The notes below the pieces were generated by a model that was not told the DNA's origin, did not search any database, and saw nothing but the letters and a program-made list of their open reading frames with translations. Positions 15,001 to 27,796 of a DNA stretch of 64,000 bases are shown here, in pieces (positions within the stretch are counted from its first letter, which is position 1; every line of letters starts with the position of its first letter). The stretch covers positions 24,862,001 through 24,926,000 of the forward strand of contig OZ024743.1 of the NCBI GenBank assembly GCA_964016885.1, written 5' to 3'. This DNA comes from Eledone cirrhosa (taxonomy: Eukaryota). The translations under genes and the position numbers were made by a program.

Positions 15001-16085
15001 ACCTTGTTTGCTGTAGTTAACTGTGCTGACAGTTGGTTCTGTCCCTCCTCAGTCATCCCAACCTTGTTTGCTGTAGTTAACAGTGCTGACAGTTGGTTCT
15101 GTCCCTCCACAGTCATCCCAACCTTGTTTGCTGTAGTTAACAGTGCTGACAGTTGGTTCTGTCCCTCCTCAGTCATCCCAACCTTGTTTGCTTTAGTTAA
15201 CTGTGCTGACAGTTGGTTCTGTCCCTCCTCAGTCATCTCAACCTTGTTTGCTGTAGTTAACTCTGCTGACAGTTGGTTCTGTCCCTCCTCAGTCATCCCA
15301 ACCTTGTTTGCCGTAGTTAACAGTGCTGACAGTTGGTTCTGTCCCTCCTCAGTCATCCCAACCTTGTTTGCTGTAGTTAACTGTGCTGACAGTTGGTTCT
15401 GTCACTCATCAGTCATCCCAACCTTGTTTGCTGGAGTTAACTGTGCTGACAGTTTGTTCTGTCCCTCCTCAGTCATCTCAACCTTGTTTGCTGTTGTTAA
15501 CTGTGCTGACAGTTGGTTCTGTCCCTCCTCAGTCATCTCAACCTTGTTTGCTGTAGTTAACTGTGCTGACAGTTTGTTCTGTACCTCCTTAGTCATCCCA
15601 ACCTTGTTTGCTGTAGTTAACTGTGCTGACAGTTGGTTCTGTCCCTCCTCAGTCATCCCAACCTTGTTTGCTGTAGTTAACTGTGCTGACAGTTGGTTCT
15701 GTCCCTCATCAGTCATCCCAACCTTGTTTGCTGTAGTTAACTGTGCTGACAGTTTGTTCTGTCCCTCCTCAGTCATCTCAACCTTGTTTGCTGTAGTTAA
15801 CTGTGCTGACAGTTGGTTCTGTCTCTCCTCAGTCGTCCCAACCTTGTTTGCTGTAGTTAACTGTGCTGACAGTTGGTTCTGTCCCTCATCAGTCATCCCA
15901 ACCTTGTTTGCTGTAGTTAACTGTGCTGACAGTTGGTTCTGTCCCTCCTCAGTCATCCCAACCTTGTTTGCTGTAGTTAACTGTGCTGACAGTTGGTTCT
16001 GTCCTTCCTCAGTCATCCCAACCTTGTTTGCTGTAGTTAACTGTGCTGACAGTTGCTTCTGTCCCTCCTCAGTCATCTCAACCTT
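1..16085. repeat. 60-bp tandem satellite (~268 units, open at the left window edge)
   Basis: Unit TC(C/T)CAACCTTGTTTGCTGTAGTTAAC(T/A)GTGCTGACAGTTGGTTCTGTCCCTCCTCAGTCA repeats in register with the 60-nt lines. Register slips come from 59-bp units near 2538, 8658, 9917 and 10936 and a 58-bp unit near 11396. Confidence 0.99.
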
Positions 16086-16138
16086 CTTGGAAGGGAGGCA
16101 AAACAGCGGGGCAACGTAGCTCTAGTAATTCATAACGG

Positions 16139-16343
16139 TTTCTGATTTAGGTACAAGTATGAGGGAGGAGAAAGTCGATTAAATCGACCCCAGTAAATTA
16201 CTGGTGCTTTATTTTATCGACCCCGTAATGATGAAAGGCAAAGCTAACCTCGGCGGGATTTGAACTTAGAACGTAAAGGGCCGTAACTCTATGAAACAAA
16301 GCATAGTGTCGACGTTCTACCGATACAGCCAATTCACCGCCCT
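16139..16343 (-). mobile_element. tRNA-derived SINE (octopus-type, family 1)
   Basis: Reverse complement has a GGCGGTGAATTGGC head, B-box GTTCAAATCC and core CTTTGCCTTTCATC..GGGGTCGATAAAATAAAG..CCAG, shared with many copies in the window. Confidence 0.85.
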
Positions 16344-16735
16344 TAATCATAATGATAAGCTGTCCCTTCTATGTCTATCCTCATCTCCACAACATGGAAC
16401 TAATCCCTGATTAAATACAAGAAAATGAAATTAACAATTTATGCTATTAATTTGCACAAAGTGAAATTTTGGATAATTTCAATAAATATTTATTTTAATA
16501 TTTATATAATGTAAGCCTAGAAGTGGTGATGAACCTCAAAACTTTATCGTTCCATCCTAAACATTTACAACGTATAAGGAAATACTATAAAATAAATATT
16601 AATAAAGAATGCCATATATTTAATATAAAAATGGCTTCTACAAGACTAGAACTATTTCATTCGTATGAAATCATCCTATGAAATCATTCGTATGAAATCA
16701 TATATTAAGTTTCACATGAATGTTTTTATTGATCA

Positions 16736-17724
16736 CTAGCAGTAAAGCCCGGCGTTGCTCGGGGTCGCTCAGTAGCTGTGTTAAAGTTACAATGTTAAGT
16801 TTCTTTCTTGGCTTAAAAACTGTAGTGTCTACTGTGCAGACTTGCATGTGGTGTTTTTGATTAATATTCCCTCAACCAACAATATGCCTTATGAAGTTAA
16901 GAAAACATAACGATAACCCGAATGTTATAACAAAAGAGGATGCTGGGGATAGAAACTGCACTGGTTATTTATTAACAAAGATCGAAAATGTAAACACTGC
17001 AACGCAGAGAAAAACATTAGCGTAACCAAATTATCAGTTATGTCTGTCTGCACGCCTATACCACCTCTCTGCACGACTGCTTGTCTGCACGCCTATATCA
17101 CCTCTCTGCACGACTATCTGTCTGCACGCCTATATCACCTCTCTGCACGACTATCTGTCTGCACGCGTATATCACCTCTCTGCACGACTGTCTGTCTGCA
17201 CGCGTATATCACCTCTCTGCACGACTGTCTGTCTGCACGACTGTCTGTCTGCACGCCTAACGACGAAATATTTGCTTGTTTTACGTAGTCTTTAAATAGA
17301 CTTGTTTTCAAGTAAAAATATTGTTTTAAAATGCTTTTAAATGGAAATGAAGCAAAACGGAAGCTTAGTGTTCGAACTGATGAATTTTGCAGGTCAATAT
17401 TTTGCTGGCTCGACGACAACTGTTCGTGTATTGTGTTAATGTCATTTTAAACGCTGAGAAAGCCAGCGTAATTTTTTACGTAAGACGCTCAATGTAAACA
17501 GAACAAAGGGAAATAACTGATAACTTACGCTCAAAAATCGATACATTATATTCGATTTGGTCACATAGGGTGGGTCAATTTGAAATGTTTTTTTCTTCGA
17601 TGTCTTCGCTAGGGCTCAATGTACAAGTATAGCAATTTCGGTGCAATTCCGTCAGAGATTCTAAGAGGAGATGTGTGCCAAAAATCGATAGACAGACAGA
17701 CAACCACAGTTTTATATATATAGA
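16736..17724 (-). mobile_element. Non-autonomous Helitron
   Basis: On the minus strand: 5' TCTATATATATAAAA, 3' hairpin CCCGAGCAACGCCGGG then CTAG; inserted between A and T with no TSD. Confidence 0.8.
17040..17260. repeat. ~36-bp minisatellite inside the Helitron
   Basis: Repeats of GTCTGTCTGCACGCCTATATCACCTCTCTGCACGACT. Confidence 0.9.
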
Positions 17725-18029
17725 TTGATTGGACACTAATAAATAAAAACATTCACGGAAAACTTCGTCATGTTAAACTTAATATATACTCTGCTTTAGT
17801 ATTGAGTACTAATATTGGTACGCCCTCCAGTAGCCTAACATACAAACGTACTGAATAACCTAAAGTGTGTGTGTTGAACAGTTAAGTTCTTCTTTCCTGG
17901 TTATGTCAATATTTATAAAACACATTTTGTATTTTATCTAATGAGAGCGTACCAAAGTTTTGGTACCCTTGAAATATATATAATAGAATAAATATGGTTT
18001 TATAAATATAGTTTCCATTTATTTAATAT

Positions 18030-18101
<72 letters not shown>

Positions 18102-18104
<3 letters not shown>

Positions 18105-18273
18105 GAAGGAAGTGTGGGACCAGAGTACTCAATACTTAGAGTAGTAGAGTGGGTAATAGGAAAATGTTAAAGACCCTGACGGCAGAGCTCAAGCCGTTTC
18201 GACGGCTATTTCTGTAGTCCAGAAATAGCTGTCGAAACGGCTTGAGCTCTGCCGTCGGGGTCTTGAACATTTT

Positions 18274-18276
<3 letters not shown>
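18102..18276. mobile_element. Fold-back element family A (PLE-like 3' fragment) in (TA)n
   Basis: Inverted arms 18160-18214 and 18220-18274 (55 bp, 3 mismatches). The left arm extends ~58 bp further. (TA)n on both sides. Homologous to 23267-23458 and 58455-58831. Confidence 0.75.
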
Positions 18277-18340
<64 letters not shown>

Positions 18341-18797
18341 AGAATAACATTAAGAAATATGTGTTTACATAAAGCGTTTATTCATTTATTCAACCCGTAT
18401 ACCAGTATTTGCATTTGTTGCTGGTATGGGTGCGATTTCATCTGATGAATTTACGTTTATATGATATACTGCAGGAAAGAACATCTTGCGTGGCCGAAAA
18501 GCATATGAGTTCCTAAAAGGGTCCTTCCAGCTATGGGTTTACAATTTGTGGGGAGAGGTTTGATTGATGTGTCAATTAACAATCCTGTCTTTCTCAACTA
18601 TGATGAACGCCAACCAGTGCGAAACAGACTGTCAGCTTCTCTCCCTTTTTTCTCCGAAAAGAAATGACATAGTCGCTACTTTAAAATTGATAGCGTATGG
18701 TCTTCTAAATGTTTTTAATTAAACATACGGTATATTGCCAAATATACTATACATAAATTCCTGTATACATCGCTATTTCAGAGCTCCAATCCTAATA

Positions 18798-18861
<64 letters not shown>

Positions 18862-19429
18862 CCACGCAGCACATTTGTTCTCATATTCACACATATATTA
18901 TCCCCCGCTGTGACCCGTCTATTTCGTTCTTACTGCTTCCTCTTTCTCTGTATCTTTACCGTCTCTAACAGTCACTCTTTCTGTTAGCCACTTCCTCACC
19001 CTTCACTCACTCACTCTCTGCTACTACTTCCTCCCGTTTGACCTGTGCGTAATTCTTTTCTCTCGCACGCTTGGTCAGGCTGGTTCCCCTTTTCTCTCTC
19101 TCGTCTACGATTTCACAGAACTTATGTTCACCGAATTCACGGACTGGACTCCTTCTTCCTCCCGTTTGACCTGTGCGGAATTCCTTCCTTGCTCACATTC
19201 CAACCAGGTTTGATGGTCTTTATTCTCTCTCGTTCACGATTTCACCGAACTTATATTCATATATATATATATATATATATATATAGTTGATGATATCAAA
19301 TGAATCAAGCAGTTCAAGTCCTGTAGAAGCCACCCACCTTTTCTCTCTCTCGCTCTCTCTCTTTCTCTCTCACTTGCCCTCACTCTCTCTCCCTCTCTCT
19401 TTCTCATACTCTCATTCTACCACCCACCC

Positions 19430-19487
<58 letters not shown>

Positions 19488-19869
19488 ATATATATACACG
19501 CATATATGTAATTCACATATATATATATATATAAATTACATACAAATATAAATAAATATAAATAAATATAAATGCATATTTATTTATGCATTTACTTATG
19601 TAAGTAGTATATATATATACAAGCATATATATACAAGTGTATATAATAATTATATATGTATTTGTCTGTGAATCTGTGAATGATGAGTAAGTCAGTCACG
19701 CATGTCTGCATCAGAATATTAGAAAACATAAAACAGAAATGCACATGTAAATATATGCAAATGTAAAAAAAATATATTTCTATTTCTATACAGAGCAGTA
19801 TATGCCGTATATATGCCATCAATATAATTGAGCATGTCAGTATTCGTACGTGTACGTGTATGTGTGTGT

Positions 19870-20295
19870 ATATGTGAGTGTGCGCATGCGTACGTATGCT
19901 TCCTTACGTCTGTGTGTATGTGTATGTATGTGAGTGTGCGCATGCCATGCATGCGTACGTATGTTTCCCTACATCTGTGTGTATGTGTATGTATGTGAGT
20001 GTGCGCATGCCATGCGTGCGTACATGTTTCCCTACGCCTGTGTGTATGTGTATGTATGTGAGTGTGCGCATGCCATGCGTGCGTACGTATGTTTCCCTAC
20101 GTCTGTGTGTATGTGTATGTATGTGAGTGTGCGCATGCCATGCGTGCGTACATGTTTCCCTACGCCTGTGTGTATGTGTATGTAAGTGAGTGTGCGCATG
20201 CCATGCGTGCGTACGTATGTTTCCCTACGTCTGTGTGTATGTGTATGTAAGTGAGTGTGCGCATGCGTGCGTACGTACCTTTCCCTGCGTCTGTG
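19870..20295. repeat. ~56/60-bp minisatellite
   Basis: Repeats of GTGAGTGTGCGCATGCCATGCGTGCGTAC(GT)ATGTTTCCCTACG..TGTGTGTATGTGTATGTA. Confidence 0.9.
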
Positions 20296-20601
20296 TAAGT
20301 AGTATTCGTTGATGGCTTTATTAATGACGGATGTTCTGCACAGATAAGGAGACTTTCGGTCGCATTATCACTTTATTATATATACTACTCTGATGAACAT
20401 GAGGAATTAGTTCAACGCCGACGCTTCTTTCTATACATTTATATCATTCTCTCTTCTATCTCTTTCTTCTTCAACATTTCCTACTTCATCTTTCCATATT
20501 TTTTTTTTTTTTTTTGTCCTTGTATTTTTGTCCTTGTTTCTTTTGTCCTTGTTTTCCATCCACGTCTTGTCTTCCTTTTCTGCAATATTTTCTCGTTTGT
20601 T

Positions 20602-20785
20602 CATATACTAACACACATATACTAACACACATATACTAACACACATATACTAACACACATATACTAACACACATATACTAACACACATATACTAACACAC
20701 ATATACTAACACACATATACTAACACACATATACTAACACACATATACTAACACACATATACTAACACACATATACTAACACACT
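20602..20785. repeat. 14-bp minisatellite
   Basis: (CATATACTAACACA) x ~13. Confidence 0.95.
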
Positions 20786-20801
20786 CTTATAGAGTTATTA
20801 T

Positions 20802-20838
<37 letters not shown>

Positions 20839-20851
20839 TTATTTATTTATT

Positions 20852-20887
<36 letters not shown>

Positions 20888-20945
20888 TAATTTATATATA
20901 TCATAATATATATATCATTATGATATATATATATATATATATATA

Positions 20946-21125
20946 ATTGTTTCTACGTTAGGCACAAGGCCAGCAATTATCCCAGTGTATTACTGGTACT
21001 TTATTTTATCGACCTCGTAAGGATGAAAGGCAAAGTTAACCTCGGCGGGATTTGAACTCAGACCGTAAAGGGGCGTAACACTGTGGTGCAAAGCATGGCG
21101 TCCGGCCTTCTACCGATACTGTCAA
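20946..21125 (-). mobile_element. tRNA-derived SINE family 1
   Basis: Same head, B-box and core as the other copies. A 5'-truncated plus-strand copy follows at ~21380-21510. Confidence 0.85.
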
Positions 21126-21206
21126 ATATATATATAATGATATATATATATATATATATATATAAATCTATATATATATATAAATCTATATATATATAAT
21201 ATATAT

Positions 21207-21317
<111 letters not shown>

Positions 21318-22456
21318 GGAAAAATTTGAACAGGAACAAAACAGAGAGGCAGTACAACGAATGTTTATTAATTTCACGCTGAGGTTAACTTTGCCTTTCA
21401 TCCTTACGGGGTCGATAAAATAAAGTACCAGTAGTGTAAATAGTGTAAAATAAAGTACCAGTAGTGTACTGGGTAATTGCTGCCCTTGTGCCAAAAGTAG
21501 AAACAATTATAATATATATATATATATCATTATGATATATATATGATATATATCTATACATATATATATATACACACACACATGTATGTATGTATATAAC
21601 TCATCCTACACCTTGTCTGGCCAGACCAGACAGCATATCGCATGATTAAAAAGAAGCTAGCTTAGATTCTTATAAACCTCACACCCAAATCTACATGCTA
21701 TTTCCGATTGTATATTATTTATACACACACATACCCCCATATATATATGTGTGTGTATATGTATGTATGTGTGTATGTACATATGTATGTCTATGTGTGT
21801 GTATTACGTGAAGAACACACCGATGTCGCAGAACGCCGAATTATATTACCAAACCTTATTCAGTTTCAATCATGTTCTGTATTAAGTTTATTTTCCATCA
21901 TAGTTGATCTTGTCTTTTATTTCTCCATTGTTGATTCATGTCAACTGTATTTCTATATCTTAAAATGTGTGGCTTAATGCCAGTATGATAAAACAACAGT
22001 TAATCTCTATCCAGCGTGTTCGACTTGCTAGAAATAGCAGTCAATTTTGCTTCAATCACACCCTACCATCGAATAAAAAAAAGAGAGAACATTAGACAGT
22101 GAAAAAATCTACACTGTTGCTTGATCTGCTAGAAATAGTAACTAAATCTTGCTCAAATCACATCCTAACATCGTAAAAATGCAGGAATATTTTAATTTAA
22201 TCCAAGATATAAAACAAGAAACGCGGCTTCCATGATTGGAAGGACTTTGATTTTAAATTTGATCTGACATGGACTAAATATTAATATTGATTGAACAAAG
22301 ACATTCTATTTAAGGCTTGGCTTGCATTGTCTTGTGTCCTAATATAAATAAATAAATAAATAAATAAAATAATATTTAAAAAATAATAACAAGCCTCAGG
22401 TCGTACTGGATTAGAGGTTACCAGCAGGGCTCATGAGTTACCTGATATGTATGTGC

Positions 22457-22492
<36 letters not shown>

Positions 22493-22498
<6 letters not shown>

Positions 22499-23015
22499 AT
22501 GCTTTGGGAGGGTCATGTCGCCAATAAGAAACACACGCACCAGTTGCTTTCACTCCAATTTATTATAAATTAAATTTATAAATTTAAGAATTTATAAATT
22601 TCCGGTTGGTTGGTTGGTTCCACAACCGGAAGGTTGTTCATATATTGTCAAAGTTCTTTCGTCACACATTCTGTGACCTCTTCAGTGACTGGGGATTCTT
22701 TTCTTTGTTTTTGTGCCTCTCCTTTGTTCTGTCTGTACGCCATCTTGTTTGTGTGTGTGTTGTGTGCTTAGTTTGCGCATGTGTTACATCCGGGTGTCTG
22801 TGTGTGTTTATATTTGTTTATTTATTTGTTTATTTACATGTTACTGGTTGGTTGTTTGTTCTATGTGTGTGTGTGTTTTCATTTTGTCCTTAATTGTAAG
22901 TTATGATGTTGTTATTCCATTCATGTTTTCTATTTAATTTTGGTTGGAGTTCATTTAGGTTTATTGCCTCTGTGATTTGTCTAAAAATTGCGTTTTTTCT
23001 GTGTGTAGATTCTAT
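22493..23015 (-). mobile_element. Penelope-like element, 5'-truncated 3' end (pLTR)
   Basis: Close paralogue of 49336-49860, which adjoins a GIY-YIG ORF. The 3' end abuts (TA)n. Contains a hammerhead. Confidence 0.8.
22647..22689 (-). ncRNA. Minimal type-I hammerhead ribozyme motif
   Basis: Minus strand GUCA-CUGAAGA-G-GUCACA gaaug UGUGAC-GAAA-GAAC-UU-UGAC: stem I GUCA/UGAC, 6-bp stem II, conserved core. Confidence 0.7.
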
Positions 23016-23207
23016 CGGGTAGTGTTTTCGATGCTCAGAGAGTGGGATTTAGTCGAGTGCAAGGCCTTACCCCACTTTAAACATCTTCAAAGCACAGGCA
23101 TTGCTTATTCGGTATATGTTACAGGTTCGTGTGGCTGGCCGTAGCCTAAAGTACACCAAACTCTATAATCTGACAAGCGATTGCAATACTCTTAGCAGAG
23201 TTTGCAA

Positions 23208-23266
<59 letters not shown>

Positions 23267-23268
<2 letters not shown>

Positions 23269-23455
23269 CGAAGGAAATGTGGTAAGGAACCAGATGGACC
23301 ATAATGTACCAAAGTACTCAATACTTAGGGTAGTAGAGTGGGTAATAGGAACCAGTATGACCCCGACGGCTGAGCTCAAGCCGTTTCGACGGCTAATTCT
23401 GTCCAGAATTAGCCGTCGAAACGGCTTGAGCTCTGCCGTCGGGGTCATACTGGTT

Positions 23456-23458
<3 letters not shown>
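23267..23458. mobile_element. Fold-back element family A in (TA)n
   Basis: Arms 23349-23401 and 23404-23456 (53 bp, 1 mismatch, 2-nt spacer). The longer left arm reaches (TA)n. Confidence 0.75.
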
Positions 23459-23493
<35 letters not shown>

Positions 23494-24874
23494 TAGGAAA
23501 ATCAACCGAGAGTGGACATGACAACGAACGAAAACAAGGCAAAACGAAAAACAATTTTTTAAAGTGGAAACCTTAAAAATTATTTTTTGAAAATAAAAAT
23601 ACTATCGAAAGACAGTCATCGGCCGTTGAGATGGACTTGTGCAGTTTTGACCCCTATCAATGGTACTGCTGATCCATCCGATGTTACAAGTCAAAGTATT
23701 GTCCCATGGAGTAAGAGATGAGTCAAACAGCAACTTATAGCAGTTAAGTTACGACAAGTAAACATATAATTTCACGTGACGACAAGGGAAAGGTATTGCG
23801 CCTCTCATAGCATGAAACTCTCAGGAGTGAAACAAAGAAAAAGAGAAAATAAAGAAGGGAAAAAAGCAAGAAGAAGAAAGCAAGATATCTTGTTAAAAAT
23901 GTGAGCGAATGAAATTAATGGGGGGAGAAGAGAAAACACGTTCGTCACAGGTTAGAAATCAACAGAGAGAGAACAAAACAACGAACGAAAACAAGGCAAA
24001 ACGAAAAACAACTTTTTAATGGGAAACCTTAAAAAACTATTTTTTTTAAATAAAATACTAACGAAAGACACAGAACTCCATGGTTATCGGCCGTTGAGAT
24101 GGACTTGGGCAGTTTTGACCCCTACAAACGGTACTGCTGGTCCATCCGGGGCCACAGCGTCTGACATAAGCCAAACGTTGTCCAAGTGTTCTCGCTTTAT
24201 AGGTTTATGTAATAAATACACTAAACTTGCACTGAATGACGGATTCAAATACTGTTCGTAAAACTCAGAATATTATTTAATAGTGATAATGAATGTTTAC
24301 TTCGAAATGTTGCCGCGGCTAATTAACACAATGTTAGTAAGATAAGTTTTCGCTTTATATAGAAACTTGGTTTGAATGGGTTGATGTAATTTGGTCTGTA
24401 GTATGTTGATATACTAAACAAATATAAGTCGGACGAATAGGGGATGTGTAAAATAAGGAGGGAGAAAGAATAAGGAGAAAGGGGAGGAGAAGGAGGAGAT
24501 CAAGAAGAGGAAGTAATGGCATAGGACTCAACAAAATGGAGGAAATGGAGTGCAGGAAGTATTTACTACGAGTTTATTCAGCCATGTAGCAAATACATCA
24601 CTATCGACATATGTCTGTCAGTTAAAGAACGTCACTGCACGATTTAATACCTCGAGAAGACCTTAAGGCCTGAGCAAGTCAAACAGAAAAAAAAACGTGA
24701 CAACTGTGAACATTAGAGCAGTAAATAGAAATGTAGATCTCATCTCTTCAGACAAGCACCGCACCTACAGTTACCTGCGACTTTTTTAAACCCATAGACC
24801 TTTCGCCACTGCTTATATGCGCGCGCGCGCACACACACACACACAAGCAAATACTTGGTTTTATATATATATAT

Positions 24875-24991
<117 letters not shown>

Positions 24992-25083
24992 GAACTTTAG
25001 AAAGTAATATCCGTAGTGGTAGAGCACTCAGTCCATGGGACGAGTTAGGTAGCAGTGGTAACACAACAGTTAGTTCACCATAT

Positions 25084-25121
25084 CGAGAACAATTGTTTCA
25101 CCTTAGCGGATCTTCAGCTCG
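25084..25121 (-). ncRNA. Minimal type-I hammerhead ribozyme motif (mirror copy)
   Basis: Exact reverse complement of 25139-25176. Confidence 0.7.
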
Positions 25122-25138
25122 TATAACCATGACCATTA

Positions 25139-25176
25139 CGAGCTGAAGATCCGCTAAGGTGAAACAATTGTTCTCG
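25139..25176 (+). ncRNA. Minimal type-I hammerhead ribozyme motif
   Basis: CGAG-CUGAAGA-uccgcuaaggu-GAAA-CAAUUG-UU-CUCG: stem I CGAG/CUCG, palindromic stem III ACAAUUGU, weak stem II. Confidence 0.7.
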
Positions 25177-25204
25177 ATATGGTGAACTAACTGTTGTGTT
25201 ACCA

Positions 25205-25239
<35 letters not shown>

Positions 25240-25758
25240 TTATTTATAAGGAATATGTCGGTGTTCAAATCTATTTCTATGTTTACGCCTTTTGGTTCTT
25301 GTTTATGGTGTATCTCTTTAAATTCCCTTACTTAATGAATAGTTCAATAAACAAGATCAGCAAAATTTGTAGAAGACCTCAATAAATACTTGAGTTGATA
25401 TACTTGACTAAGGCCCTTCAACTCCACCCTGATAGCAGTGAATATGGAGGTGATGCGGTGACCACGAACGCCAGAAGTTTCCACCGCTACAGGTTCAATG
25501 ATAAACCTATCGGAAACCTTTAAAGCTTGCGATCTTCGTCTTGCCAGACAACGAAGACTGAATCTGTCACTTGAATGCAGTAGGTTGCCGCTGGAGAAAG
25601 AATCTCTGCATGTTGCATTTCAGATTAGAAGCACAATAGGAAGATCGTGATGTCACATGGTTTTCTGTAGTCCCCTCGGTTCAACCTGATATTCTTTCTC
25701 TTTTAATTGTTATTTATTTTATCTTCAGCTTTTATGTATGTAAAACAAATTGCTTTAA

Positions 25759-25982
25759 CTCTTTAGCCTTTAAACCGGCTGTATCCGGCCAGAATTCTCT
25801 CACCTCTTTCTTCTGTTCAAACTGGCCATAACCAGCTGCTTATACTGATGTTAAGGTATTGTTCTCAAAATAAATAATATCAAAATCTTTTAGATATGAT
25901 ATGATGTGGGATAATTATATGAGGTAAAACCTTTACTATGAAAATACAATAGTAAATATAAAGTAATGTAAATGCTAAAGGG
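25759..25982. mobile_element. piggyBac-type MITE
   Basis: TTAA on both sides (25755-25758, 25983-25986). Imperfect TIRs CTCTTTAGCCTTTA and TAAATGCTAAAGGG. Confidence 0.7.
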
Positions 25983-26344
25983 TTAATGTACGTAAAACAA
26001 AGATCCTCAAACACTTATGTTGCTACAAAATTCAGTGCTTGGCATCGTGTCAATGCCTATATTAGTTTTGAATTCATACTGGATTACAAAAACAAATATC
26101 TATAAAGTTGTTTAGAAAAGTGAAACAAAATACAGTATAGATTTAACTGCAGCGCCAGTGATTATATAAGTCTACAATTCAGATCTGACCCAGCTATAAA
26201 CAACAACAACGAAGACAACAACAACAATAACGATAACAAAATCAACAACGACGGTGTTAGTAGCAACTAAAACGTTATTTTAAATGTCAATGTGTTCTTG
26301 TGAAGACTACCAGGAAACTTAATGGCATTATTTGGTTGTAAACG

Positions 26345-26560
26345 GGGTGGTGGATTGGCAGTATAGAGGGTCAGACACTATGCTTTGTGGCATAGAGTTA
26401 TGGCCCTTTGCGTTCTGAGTTCAAATCCCGCCGAAGTTAGTTTTACCTTTCATCCTTGCGGGGTCGATAAAATAAAACACTAGTAATACAGTGGCGGCGA
26501 TTTAATCGACTTCCCCCCCCCCTCTAATTTGCTGGCCTTGTGCCTAAAGTAGAAACAATT
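26345..26560 (+). mobile_element. tRNA-derived SINE family 1
   Basis: GGATTGGCAG head, GAGTTCAAATCCC B-box, shared core and tail ending AGTAGAAACAATTATT. Confidence 0.85.
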
Positions 26561-27338
26561 ATTTTGTTGTAAACATTATATTTGAGAGTGAGATCATCAC
26601 GAAGCTGGTCTTTAAGAAGCTACCGAGATCGAGTTTGCAATATATTATCAAGGATCTACCAACCATAAACAAGATCTTCTGGAAGAGACGAAAAGATTCA
26701 ACAATAGAAATATTGAGCTGCTTTATAGTTGTCTTTGTTTTTCACCTTGTTCATACTTTTGCTTCCCTTGCTCCCTGTGTTCCCTATCTTTCTCTTTTTC
26801 TTCTTCTTTCTCTCTCTTTCTCTCTTTCTTTCTTTCTCACTCTCTGGCTCTCTCTCTTCTTATTTTACCATCTCTACACGGACATTTAAATTGATAAACA
26901 AATAAATAAGATGATTATAGCTAGTAGAATGAACCGAAAACAGAATAATCACAAATACTGTATAACCAAGCTCAGTTCCTGGGACCTGTGTATGTATTGA
27001 GAGACCATGTATCTGCGTTTGGAATGTTCTTCTCGTAGGTTCAGTCCTAGGTAAGGTCTTTATGGAAGACCAGACGTTGGCCGTCAGTGCTAATCTCCGC
27101 CCTACATATCGCCGATGTTGTCCAAGAGAAAGATAAGATCCGATGCAGCTTGGTATCAGGTTTGTGGCAGGCGAGCTGACAACGTAGAAGGGTGAAACAG
27201 ATACCGCAAAAGCATTACGTCTGACGCTCTGACAATGTTAAATTGTAGAATTAGCAATATACCAGTTAGATACTTGAAAGGACGGCAAATAGTGGGCAGG
27301 AATTTCTGTGTTGACTGATAAAATGACAAGTCACTCAA

Positions 27339-27645
27339 TCATATTGATGGCCTCCCCACAGCCCCGGCGGACAGAATGGAGAAGGCGTTTCCCCGGAGGA
27401 CGGCAAGGGAGACGCGCTGGAAGAGCCATTCCAACTCGCGAGGCTCACACCTGCGGCAGGCCAGCTCAGCGCCTATGGTGGTGAGTAGGGAGGTAGCCCT
27501 AGGGCCGAGGACACCAAAAGTCCCCACTGCCAAGGATAGGACCGCAAACCTGTCGGAGAGCGACCAGTATTTGGAGAGTTTGGCCACCTCAGCCCGACGT
27601 GCATCAGAACGTGGGTTAGTCGCAGACTGCACCAGGTTCCGGCAA
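27339..27645 (-). pseudogene. CRE-clade non-LTR retrotransposon C-terminal RLE fragment
   Basis: Translation AEVAKLSKY..FAVLSLAVGTFGVLGP..WLFQRVSLAVLRGNAFSIL matches the CRE-type restriction-like endonuclease C-terminus. Paralogous to 37520-37800. Confidence 0.75.
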
Positions 27646-27796
27646 ATTGGAATTATTTATTGACTCACAAAATGATAAAAGGAAAAACAGACCTCGGAAA
27701 GATTTGAGCTCCGAGTGCAGACATCAGGAATAAATACTGTGAAGCATTTCATCTGACTCTCCAACGACTCAATTTGCAGCATTATTTAACCGTCTA

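Noticed and set aside
1-16085. CRISPR-like array
   Set aside because: There are no unique spacers and no cas genes, and the context is eukaryotic.
9-16119. Giant plus-strand ORFs (FAVVNCADSWFCPSSVIPTL repeats, up to 2043 aa)
   Set aside because: They result from a stop-free 60-bp unit. The starts are TTG, propagated frameshifts break the frame, and the variants are largely non-synonymous.
20388-20430. Hammerhead at CTCTGATGAACATG...
   Set aside because: CTGATGA is present but there is no GAAA core or matching stem I; at best a decayed remnant.
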